DNA from: Octopus sinensis | Taxonomy: Eukaryota | Reading direction: 5' to 3' | Assembly (NCBI RefSeq): GCF_006345805.1 | Contig: NC_043001.1 | Location: 114,638,001-114,702,000 of the forward strand | Length of the DNA stretch: 64,000 nt | Part shown: positions 52,880 to 64,000 of the stretch, piece by piece | How positions within the stretch are numbered: the first letter of the stretch is position 1 | Layout: each line of letters opens with the position of its first letter | Translations under genes and position numbers: made by a program | The notes under the pieces: model-generated | The model's database searches: none | What the model was told of the DNA's origin: nothing | Seen by the model: only the letters and a program-made list of their open reading frames with translations

Positions 52880-53758
52880 TATTGGGTCATCCCATAAGTA
52901 ATGCGGTGTTTTCAATTGCATGAAGTAAAAGTCATAGGGGAACGGGATAAACTACCTGCATCAACTTCCTATAAAAGCAGTTACTATTTTTAATTTGTCG
53001 ATAATTTTTGTGCAAGTTTCGAAGAGTGCAGTTAGAATTTAACTGTTATTTTTTGAAAGTTATAATGGAAGTAACAAAGGAGTATATTCGGTATATTTTC
53101 CCCTGTGAGATCAATAATGGCAACAACGGTAAGGGTGAAGAATATCAATGCAGTATATGGGGATCGGGTAATAAGCGTAAGCCGGTCTCAACTGTGGTTC
53201 CGGAAATTCCGAACCGGAAACTACAGCCTAGAAGACGAGACTCGTTCTAGAAGACCTGTTAACCTCGACGTGGACGTCCTGCAAACACTGGTGGAACAAA
53301 ATTCCATCGTAACTGTTGATGAACTAGCAGATAGAGCTTGTATTTGGTCATTCAACCATTCATTCAAGTCAGCCGTAGAAGAAAAAACGACAATCTTTGG
53401 TTTCAAGCAACTATGACATTCCAAACCTGGTGCACTTTCAATGGGAAACGTGCCACGCCTGCTATATTAGCCAGATATTGCCCCATATTATTATCATTTA
53501 TTCCGCAGTCCTCAAAATCATTTGGAGGGGAAATATATGAATTCTCTAGATGAGGTCAGAACAGTACTGGAGAAATTTTTTTCGTCACGGACAAGTGATC
53601 TTTGAAAAAGGGACCGTGCAAGTCTACCAGATAGATGGAAGAGTATTGTAGATAATGAAGGAGATTATATATTAGATTAAAAAAGAACTTTGTTTATCTT
53701 AATTTTGAAAAATAAAAGAAGTATAAAATGACAACATTATTTATGGAATGACCCAACA
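52880..53758 (+). mobile_element. Internally deleted mariner element with TIRs and TA flanks
   Basis: TIRs tattgggtcatcccataagtaatg / cattatttatggaatgacccaaca; WFRKFRTGNYSLEDETRSRRP N-terminus joined to YHLFRS.QN...RW.SIVDNEGDYILD* C-terminus. Confidence 0.92.
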
Positions 53759-53778
53759 TATATATATATATAAATTTA

Positions 53779-53832
<54 letters not shown>

Positions 53833-53947
53833 TGTATTTATGTGTGTGTGTGAATATATGCAGATATAGATAGATACATAAATACATTAAAACAATAATA
53901 TAGATATATACACACATACATATACATACACACTCATACACACACAT

Positions 53948-54006
<59 letters not shown>

Positions 54007-54179
54007 CATGTGTGTGTGCGCTCGTGCATGTGTGTGTGTATGAAACTTAAGGAAATAAAGTACAAATAAGAAGCTAACTACACATCAGGAACAGTTTTAT
54101 ATATATATATACACACGTATACACAGGCACACACACCTACATTTTGGGATCACCACTACTTTATTATCTCCCCTTCTTC

Positions 54180-54410
54180 CTAGCCCTCCTGTCTGACCAC
54201 CTCTGTCCGGCCATCACCATGATTGACTGCTAGCTACTCAAATTTTACTTTTTTATTCCCTCTGTTTATTTTATCATGTTCCATTCTGCTGAAGAGCGTA
54301 GGCTCGAAATGTAAAAGACTTTCCCACTTTCCTGAGCGTTAAACTAATACACCTGTTTGATGTTTACACACCTGTCTTCGTCTTTTGTTTTTCTTTTGTA
54401 AATTCCAACT
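54180..54410 (+). mobile_element. PLE-type 3' terminus with decayed hammerhead (54282-54318)
   Basis: CTGCTGA-A-GAGC-gtag-GCTC-GAAATGTA-AAAGAC; downstream colinear with the 44050 copy, ends in (TA)n. Confidence 0.65.
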
Positions 54411-55094
54411 ATATATATATATATATTCCAGTTTTATGATTGTGTATAGAAGAATGTATTAATCAATGATATTCAAATTAATTCCTGACTTTCATGTTTT
54501 ATTATTTACAACTTTTACAATTTTACAATATTGAAATAAACTAGTACTTTCATGCGTTACGCCATCATGAGGATTATATAGTGACAGTCGTATTCCACAA
54601 TTGGGAACTGTGGTGAAATGGTTAGATTTATCCTTTACATATCCTCTGATGGGCTCCAGCAGGCTGAATCTTGCGAACTGTATCTTGACCAATCAGTATG
54701 TGACTTGACTTAGATGTCACCAGTTGTTGAGTGCGCCAACTATGTTCTAACTCTATTTTGACCAATCTGTACATGGCTTAAACGTCACGGTTTGGATAGT
54801 GCATCAATGTTTGTTAACTTTGACCGCCCTTAAATGAATAACTGTTTGACTATATTTTGGTATGTTGTAAACAACATTCCTGTTTTCACTGAATTCTATT
54901 GTTACTATTCCTAAAATGTTTACACTTCCATCAAGTCAATGTTCATATGATCAACACTACTACCATCCTCACCATTACCATCATTATTATTGTTGTTAGT
55001 GGTGGCGATGGTAGCAGTAGTAATAGTAATAATACTTAATATTATTATCACCATCATCATTATAATTATCACCGTTACTACAAATGTCCATTAA

Positions 55095-55620
55095 AAATGG
55101 GTTTGAATTAATCCATAAAATTCCTTTCTCTGACTTTTCTCTCCACTTCACTCGTTGTTTGATGTTGCCAGATGGTTGCTTAAAAGGATCTAACAGACAT
55201 CAGGGTCCCTAATTTGCTGTCGGTGCACACGTGAACGTTCCCACAATCCATTCTCAGTCTGACTAACGTATGTCTCTTCACAGTTCGGGCATTTACTGGA
55301 GTATATTAATTTTCTGCTTTTCCGGTTCATATTTGCATTTGTGAATATTTTTCTGGTTTTTATGATCATCTGTTGACCGGTATGTATGAAGTTGCATGTA
55401 CCACATCGGTTATGTTTGCATTTAGATACAATGAATGATTCGTCATTGTTGCTTAGGTCAAACTTTGCCTTTGTTAATAATTGCTTCAAGATTTTTGGCT
55501 GTCTTTTACTTAGAATCATAACCCTTGTCTACTTATAGAGAATGGTATACAGCGTGCTATAGAAAAACCCATACAACATAGGGCAACCCCAGAATGAGGA
55601 AAACAAGAACAGTTCCTACC
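55095..55620 (-). mobile_element. Penelope-like relic: Cys linker plus GIY-YIG
   Basis: SKRQPKILKQLLTKAKF...CKHNRCGTC...LIYSSKCPNCEETYVSQT...ERSRVHRQQIRDP; same architecture as 35680-37705. Confidence 0.88.
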
Positions 55621-55969
55621 AAGGATGCGGTGGCGGCGACGGTGGTGGTGGTGGTGGTGGTGGATGATTTCTTTTATTCGTTGCAGGAGAATATTACACA
55701 CGGACAGTTTAGAATTTGTGTGATTGTTTAGATAAAAATATGTGCAAGATGGAAGACCAGATAAAAGCATACAAATACAAGTTATGTGAAGACATGGATA
55801 ATTCACTGCTCATGACCATCGAGAGTGTACCACATATCCAGATTTGCCCTGACCGCAAAGAAAAGAAACCCTACCAGTGCGTGTGTAAAATTAATCATTG
55901 TCATCATCAAAAATATCTTTATTATAATGATATACATGATTAATTTCAAATTGTGGCACGAAGCCAACA

Positions 55970-56370
55970 GTGTTTGGAGGAGGGGCTTAGTCGATTGAAT
56001 CGACCCCTTTGCTCAACTGGTCCATATTTTATCGACCCTAAAGGAAGATAAGCAAAGTCCACCTACGCGGAATTCGAGCTTAAAAACGGATAAAATACCG
56101 CTAAGCATTTTGCTCGGTGCACTCGGTGCACTATCCCACTCAACTCGGCACCTTGCCACGCAAATACATAATACAGGTTTCAAATTTGGCACAAGGATAG
56201 GAGTTTTGTGGGCAGGAGCTAAGTCGATTACATCGACACTAGTGTTCAAATTATACTTACTTTACCGACCCCGAAATGATGAAAAGCAATGATAACTTCG
56301 GCGGGATTTGAACTCAGAACGTAAAGACGGATGAAGTGCTGCTAAGCATTTATACTCGGTGTGCTAACGA
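55970..56370 (-). mobile_element. Two adjacent decayed copies of the 22020-family SINE (about 55970-56135 and 56165-56370)
   Basis: Both show agtcgatt..atcgac...tttatcgaccc...gctaagcattt. Confidence 0.75.
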
Positions 56371-56918
56371 TTTTATATTATACAATGCAACTCCCGAACA
56401 AATATTCATTTTATGACTGATTCTTCATAAATTTATTATCTTACATTTACAATTATTTCTCATATTTTATGGGGTTTCTTTGTCATTCCCACCCCCCTTG
56501 TATTTAATTTTAACGCGTGTATTCTCCACCCAGTGAGGAACTTTCGAATGAAAAATAAGATATAGTAAATCCATACAAAAGATGGAATTTTATTGAAAAC
56601 ATATACTTTTAATGTTCTCTAATAATAAATTTCATGTATTTTTTCTTTTATATACATAGACATATCTGAGATATATTTTTATAACAGGGATGATACTTAG
56701 TTTACAGCCATATTTTATTTTACACTTATAAATTATAATTTCCAATTTCTAGCATATGTCGTAACAAAATTGCAATTCCGTAAGAAAAAGAGATAATGGA
56801 AATTATCATATACATTGTATAGACTTCCCTACACGCTAACAACTCAATAGTTGTGTGCATGAGTGTAAACGTATATAGACACACATATACACGTGCATAC
56901 ACACACATACACAAACAT

Positions 56919-56969
<51 letters not shown>

Positions 56970-57653
56970 TATAACTATATATATACGTATATTTATATGT
57001 ATATATATATGCACATATATATAGCTACATATATGTGTGTGTGTGTATCTACATACGTATATATAAATACACTTCTATAACTCTTCCACCTTTCATCTCT
57101 CTCTTTCTTTGTGCGTATATATATATGTGTGTGTGTGTGTGTGTATGCATGTATACGTGCCTCTGTGTGTGTGTTTGTGTGTGTATGCATATGTGTGTGT
57201 ATATGTATGTATGTACGTAGAGAGAGAAAGATAGAGAGAGAGAGAGAATGATAAATATACAAAGATAGAACAAGCAAGAAAACAAAATCAGAATTTACAT
57301 AGATATTTTTTTATGGATTCCACAAATCAAAATCAATTTTATTTCGCAACCACTTTAATAATTGTAGTACGAGGTGGTTTGTAAAATATATTTACATTTT
57401 ATCAATATAATTTCAAACTAGCATTCTACACACATAAACACACACGTACACGATAACATATAAATTCAATATCTGGCGTACATTCAAAACTCAGATTGAA
57501 AAGCTCATATATGTAAAGACGTGTGTATAGGAATGTGATTGCATGTATATATGGAAGAGTTTATATATGTGAGCATATTTTTCTACATTTGCATAAATGT
57601 GTGTGTGTGTACATACAGAGAGAGAGAAAGAGAGAGAGGAAGAGAGAGAAAGG

Positions 57654-57771
<118 letters not shown>

Positions 57772-57869
57772 AAGATATGTATGTATGTAAGTATGTATAA
57801 ATATATATGCTGTAATCACCCGACGGTCGCGGGTATGACTACCAAAATCTTCCTAAGAAATAATTAAAA

Positions 57870-57962
57870 TATATAAAATTATAAATACCTATCGGCCGCA
57901 GAAAGCCAGATATACTGAGGATGCCGCGATTGGTGAACCGCGATATGGCGCGGGATTACTGT
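57870..57962 (-). mobile_element. pogo/Tigger-like MITE end
   Basis: TA-cagtaatcccgcgccatatcgcggttcacc on the minus strand. Confidence 0.55.
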
Positions 57963-58015
57963 ATCTGTATGTATGTGTGTATATATATATATATATATAA
58001 TATATATATATATAT

Positions 58016-59055
58016 TGTTACGACACAGGGTGGGACCTCCGATTCTAACTGTTACGGAAATCCTCACACACAGGCCCGTTCGATGCAGCGAGTAAGCTAC
58101 GGAAACTCGTCGGAGAGAGGAGAGAGAGAGAGACACAACCGCAGCAAGGCAACAGAGACACAGAGAGGCAACCGAGAGAGACACCAAAAGAGGCAAGGCA
58201 AAACGGCAACACTGGCTTACATTTAACAACTAGTTTATACGACAATTGTTACACATCAAAGCATTTAAGGCAAACATTTAAAGGAGGACATGCACGTAGC
58301 TACTCAATACATCATTCAACAGATCAAAGCATAATAACAACAGCAATTCAAAGGTACACGTCCGAAGACACAGTTCTTTAAAGTCTTTTTCTACACATCA
58401 CAGATAACGTCACATCAACAAGTCTTTTACTGTTCTTTTCACTGTTCATTTCTTTTCACTGTCTCTTTACATCGTGACACGTATCAATACATAATCAAAT
58501 ACATTAATTCCTAACTGAATCGCCAGCGTCCCATATTGCACTCCATCTCTCTCTCAATACTGCTAACTCCAGCTTGCCAAACTCCTGCATCCCAACTTGC
58601 TTGCTCCTAAGATTCCACCGCTTGCTCCTAAGATTCCACCTACTCGCTCTGACTTCCAGAATCCGACTGTCCTCTTCGACGACCGACTCCAACTCCCAAA
58701 ACATCACTTCCTCTCTCTCCTTCCCACTACCCTAATCTCCATCTGCTCTTCTGCTCATAGCCTCTCTAACTGCCCTGGTCCCTAACTACCTCTCTCACTG
58801 CCAATAACCTCTCTATCTGCTCTCTGCCCTTACTGCCTATCTCTATCCTCAATCTCCCTTAGCCTTATACACTATCTCTCTCACTACTTTTCTTCCTCTT
58901 CTTCAAGGGGTGTCTAGGATGACCTCCAATCGACCGCACAAGGCCACAAGGTCCCATTAATCTCCCAGTAAACAAAGGACTGTCTCTTTTCTTCCAGACG
59001 TGCCGGCGCCACCATTCCAAGTGGGTCACCAAGAACTGCACTAGCCAAAATCCAT

Positions 59056-59059
<4 letters not shown>
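58016..59059. mobile_element. Probable solo LTR (1044 bp)
   Basis: Starts TGTTACG, ends CATAACA (TG...CA, 7-bp IR with 1 mismatch); ATAT on both flanks within (TA)n; no ORF. Confidence 0.5.
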
Positions 59060-59122
<63 letters not shown>

Positions 59123-59169
59123 ATCCAAACAAGAAAACACAAAAAATCACAGCAAAGAAGGGAAGGAGG

Positions 59170-59204
59170 GTTTAACGTTTCGAGCGGAGCTCTTCGTCGG
59201 AAAC
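59170..59204 (-). ncRNA. Minimal hammerhead with U4C core
   Basis: GTTT-CCGACGA-A-GAGC-tcc-GCTC-GAA-ACGT-T-AAAC. Confidence 0.65.
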
Positions 59205-60099
59205 AAAGGAGAAGGAAATATCCCGAGAAGGGAAGACAGAGGCAAAAAAATTGCTGGCGGTGCTCACGAGGTCACATATATATATATATACTAAATAATT
59301 AGGGTTCAGCAAAGATTTGCTTTACCATATACACACACAAATATAAGTAAGTACACACACAAATATAGAAGTTGCCTCGACTTTTGGCTGCTGAAATAAA
59401 TAACAGTGAGTGACGCGCAGTCTGTACACTCCTCCTCCTCGACACCTGGCCTTCACACTTCTACCTAATCAGGCATGTGGAGGGAATGACCTGAATCTCT
59501 GATTCAGGCAATCCCTAAAATCTTCAGAAGAAAATGTTCCCACTGATTTGTACCACTTTGTAGGGCATATCGCGAAAATAGCGAATGTTCCCAACAGAAG
59601 GAAAAGTCGATGAATCCTTATGATCTAAACGTTTGCTTTGTCGCAAGTGGGCAACACCAGATGCGCGTCTCTGAAGATGCGGTTCAAATACTACCGTGGC
59701 TGACAGCAGTTCTTTGTAGTTTCGTGATATATTGCTGCACATCACATTTTTGAAACCAGGTTGAGATTCACCCTTGTCAAAACCACGGTACTGACGCTTC
59801 TTCTGATCTTTTCTCATCTTTTATCCTGTTTTACAAAGTCTTAACTCGATAAGACAGGGAGAATAAGAGCAACTTTTGATGAAATTAAGAGCTTCTAATA
59901 AAACATCTATGATGGTGACAAATGTGTGATGTTTGCGTATCTGAAGCTCGTGTCAACTCGGGAGTCCCGTCCTGCATCTGCACCAGGGAATACTTGTCGA
60001 GAAATACCATAGCTCACCCCAGATGGTGACAGCTCGAGGAAATACGGACTTATATTCGGGAGTCACTTCAAACATTCTGAGAAACCCCATCCATTGGAT

Positions 60100-61700
60100 T
60101 ATCTAAAAGGCAGCCGAAATAACAAGAAATTTTCGAATCACCCTCCTGTCTAAAATAAACGGACAACTGATCAGAAATAACAACCCTGGTCATTCAAGAA
60201 TTGGCGATATTGAACGACGACGTTGCTGCTTGGAGTAAGACGAGACTTTCAGGAGATGATAATCCTATGGAAAGAAAGGAAGAAAAACGTCGTTTACCTG
60301 GAGTTGGTTTTCCTGTGAGGGGAAGTGTGGTGAATGACCATCAGCTGACCCTAACATCCATTAATAAAAGCAACACAACTCTACGTATCCTGTTCTTTCG
60401 AGATAGCTTCATTGCTATCATCTCTGCCCATGCGCCTACTTCCGATGTTGATGACTAATTAAGAACCAATTTTCTCGGCAACTGAACTCTATTCTTTAAA
60501 ACACCACCCACAGATATGCACTTCTTGTTTAGTGATTTTAATGCCAAAGATGTTAAGCTGCCTCCTGTGAAAGAACCGTATTTCGAACTTTAATGTAATC
60601 GCGCGGTGACTTCTCGGACTCTGCACAAAACATGAGCTCTTCCTTGACAACTTTCCGGCCCCATTCCTCAACTGGTTTGAACCATTTAGATGCATCGACA
60701 TCCTAATCATTGAAACGTCCTTTACTACATTATCATTTGTGGATGCAACACGAAAGACGTCAATATCAGCAAGATAGTAAGAAAAATAGGTGACAATTGG
60801 ACACTTAAAAGTGTCAACTAAAACAAAGTTAATACAGTACATTGGAACTTAAGTGTCTCCACGTTCTCATTAACCGTAGTATATTCAGAGACGCCGTGCA
60901 TAAAAACAAAACTAAGGAAGTTACCTGGTCCAACCAACATTCGTCTTTACTTATCCAAAATTGTGGACAGTCTTTCAGAACAAGGCTATTAAGTGTGGGA
61001 AAAGCGAAATAACATCTGCAGATCTAAAAGAATGTCTTCATCGTTACAATCTTTGATACAAGGGATTGCATTTGTGCGAACTATTGTGACATATCTCTTT
61101 CATATCTCATTTGGAAAATCTTTGATAAAATAATGCTAAACTGTTCCTCAAGTTATCTCAAAGAATTTGTTACCAGAAACTATGTGAGACACAGAACAAC
61201 TGAAATGGTGTTTTCTGCATAGCTGCTACAGAGCAAATGAAGAGAACACCAGAAACCTCTCTTGCATGTCTTTCATGATCTCGAAAAGGCTTTTGATACT
61301 GTGCTACGCTACTACTACTACTATGACAATCCCTCAAGGTCGAGGATGATGGTCTTCGCGCAAATTTATTGGTGAGTCCGCAGGTGACTGATAAGACCAA
61401 TTCTTGCTCGAAAAGATCGGTCACAGTGCGGACATCTAGTGCCGGAAGGGAGAGTCGCACGTGGTTGTTGTTGGCGCTCCTTCTGTCGTCGTCTTTTCTC
61501 ATCCAGCTCTGCAGACCTTTTCGACTCGAAATTCGCCGTTCCCTCATGTAGATGGTCCGAAAGCGATTTGGTTGATCTGATAGTTATGTGGCATTCGTCA
61601 ATGCACTCTACAATGATATGAAAGCATGACTGACATAAAAGCACCAAGTTAGCTAATTTCCCGATCATCAACATTTTAAACAGAGCTGTGTAGTGATTAA
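60100..61700 (+). mobile_element. Decayed RTE-clade LINE (APE + RT fragments)
   Basis: GVGFPV...IISAHAPT...DFNAK; NVFIVTIF...NY..ISL...KIF.KIML; LLPET...TEMVFSA...DLEKAFDTV; resumes after the nested insert as FVNALYNDMKA...FPIIN. Confidence 0.85.
61308..61595 (-). mobile_element. Nested 5'-truncated RTE 3' end (C2H2 finger plus (TAG)n tail)
   Basis: GTANFESKR...RCPHCDRSFRARIGLISHLRTHQ*, short 3' UTR, tagtagtagtag tail. Confidence 0.88.
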
Positions 61701-62908
61701 GTTTTACTTCTAAGATGAATGTTGCAATATATTCAGACTTCGATTACAAGATCTAATCAAAATCCCTTGTGTCACGGAACTGTATATATTTGTCATGATG
61801 GAATTCAGCCAAATAGTGATATTCTGAAATTATTTAATACGCACATTTCAGGTTTTCGTAATATATGTTAGGAAAATCATCCATTAGGCAATCTTCCCTG
61901 GTTAAAACGGTTGCTTATTAGGTTACCCTAACAACGATTTGGGATACTTTGTTGTAATTGACTGGAGTCGAAAATACTGGTACTGTTCATCACTTCATAG
62001 CTTAATACAATTACCTATGTATTAATACACGCTTATTTGAATTTCTTCACTTTGGAGACGTCGTAAGTGATGGAACCTTGATGAAATTGCAGCGACTAAG
62101 ATTCATAACTCCATACAGAGCAATGTGCAATTGTTGCAGTAGAAACATATGAGGGTCATTGTTATGTGTACAGTAGAAAACATTTTGATAAAAAAGTTTT
62201 GGATGTGAATAAATCTCCACTCTCCTCTTGGCATTCAGTTGTGTGTGTGTGTGTGCGTGTGTATGCACGCGTGTACAATAAAATTCCCAGGATCCGATAG
62301 GTTCAAGTATTTTAATAATAAAACCAACAAATGGAGTCGCGGATAGGGCACCAATGCACTAACAAGGTGTACTGATACATACGTACTTACTATAGTAAAT
62401 AGAGATTTGACACAGATATGCACGCATTCACAAGTACTGAAACAAGGTTCCTCTTGCATTCAAAGTCACAGAATGTATTCCATAGTCGTCTGTAGGTTCC
62501 AAATCCAAACGTATAGAAGCTACCGATTTGGGTAAAGAATAAACAACAACACAAATGGGTTGAGATTCTCTACAGCTGATTCAGACGTGCCCTTTAGCGA
62601 TGAACAATATAAACCGTTTCCTTCAGGTGAATAAGGAGAAAACTTAAGACATAGAATATCTCCTCAAAAACAACATAATGTAAAATGACTCCCACCAACC
62701 GTAACCTGGTTGGTAGGGTCTTTTTCCCAATGTTCTATTTTGGGGAGAAATTCTAAGAGTTAAATTTTCTCTTTATTCAATTGAACAAAACAGGGTTTTC
62801 TGGCATCGTGTAATGTTTTGTTTTTCATCAATAGAGAACACACTTGAATTGGCTATAGTGAACTTTTACCGATCTGTATTATTGTTTATGTGCATGTGTG
62901 TATGTATG

Positions 62909-63031
<123 letters not shown>

Positions 63032-63059
63032 GAATAAGACATATGCATATATATAAACA

Positions 63060-63720
63060 TATATGTACGTACGTACCTCTACATGTACATATACACGCAT
63101 ATATGAGTACAGGACACCAAAGGGACATCGAACACAAAGAGAAACGAAAACATAGACACAAACCAAAGGAACTGGACATTTTTTAAAAAACAACAAAAAA
63201 TGGAGTACAGGACAATTAACACAACGAAAAAACCCCTTCTTCAGTCGCTAAGGTTTCATCTACTCTACGTTTCGAAGGAGAAAAGCGAGACGTATCTTCG
63301 ACAAGAAACTTTCCTTCCTGCGAAAAGCAAATCAATCAAAATTCTGAGATCTTTTCGCAGAGGGGTAAAAAATGGTAAAAAACAGGACAGTAACGACAGT
63401 ACAAAAATATAAACAGTAAAAAAATAAACAGTAAAATATATAAACAGTAAAAAAATATAACAGTAAAAGACACGACAGGGAAAAACAAGATAAGAAGGGC
63501 TGTTGACACCGAACGAAAAAAGTATTGCAAACGCAGAATTTTTTGTGAACGACAGGAGAGCAGGAAGAATGTCGTCCAGTTACCTTGAAAGCCAGGCCAA
63601 AAAAGATAGTCAGGGCGGAAGTATCGTCGCGAGTGGACGACGGGAAGGGGGGAGGAGGAGCAAGAGGAAGGGAGAGAAGGAGGGGAATGGCTGCAGGAGA
63701 CCATGAAGAATGGTGAGGGG
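63060..63720. repeat. Unclassified interspersed repeat(s), in part homologous to 34860-35075
   Basis: Internal gagtacaggaca and taaacagtaaaaaaat repeats; homology to 34860-35075. Confidence 0.6.
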
Positions 63721-64000
63721 TAGAGAGAGAGTGAAGAATGAGAGAGAGAGGAAGAGACAAGTTAAGTGGGGGAAAAAGAAAATCAAAGAATAGGGATGGA
63801 AATATATATATGTGTGTGTATATAATATATATCTATGTATATATATGTATATGTATATATGTGTATATATGTGTATATATATTTATATATACATATATGA
63901 GTGTGCGTGTGTGTATGTGTGTGTTATGTATTATGTATGCATGTATGAATGTATATAATTGAGATTCAGTTGAATTAAGTATTTACGTTGAAGCACCAAG

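Noticed and set aside
59481-59700. ~15-bp hairpin next to CTGAAGA(-), and CTGAAGA-T-GCGGT/ACCGT(+); possible Tc1 relic at 59290-59900
   Set aside because: Neither motif is followed by GAAA; transposase similarity too weak to call
63250-63320. TTGTCGA...TTC-GAAACGTA hammerhead-like string on the minus strand
   Set aside because: Core and helix II register cannot be reconciled

Overview
AT-rich, microsatellite-saturated animal genomic DNA. The SINE families and repeat landscape look octopus-like (inference). Almost all short ORFs in the supplied track are microsatellite artefacts. One plausible host coding exon lies at the left edge on the minus strand (ATG at 374, reading off the window; the ORF track missed it because it has no stop in the window), so much of the rest may be upstream or intronic sequence of that gene. 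The remainder is a transposon mosaic: Penelope-like elements (PLE; one RT + GIY-YIG copy flanked by ~545-bp near-identical inverted repeats, plus two relics), tRNA-derived SINEs, Tc1/mariner, piggyBac and pogo/Tigger relics and MITEs, a nested RTE LINE, and a probable solo LTR. Main hunt results: (1) about 14 minimal type-I hammerhead ribozyme motifs or relics at element ends, including a family with a compensatory U3-A8 core and one with a 57-nt helix II; (2) four independent fold-back elements carrying an inverted copy of their own 3' end; (3) a 144-bp hairpin with three tandem G-A/A-G steps capped by GCGAAAGC, which looks adapted to ssDNA folding; (4) a 294-bp retrozyme-like monomer with terminal redundancy. 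All structures were read by eye; no folding or database search was run.
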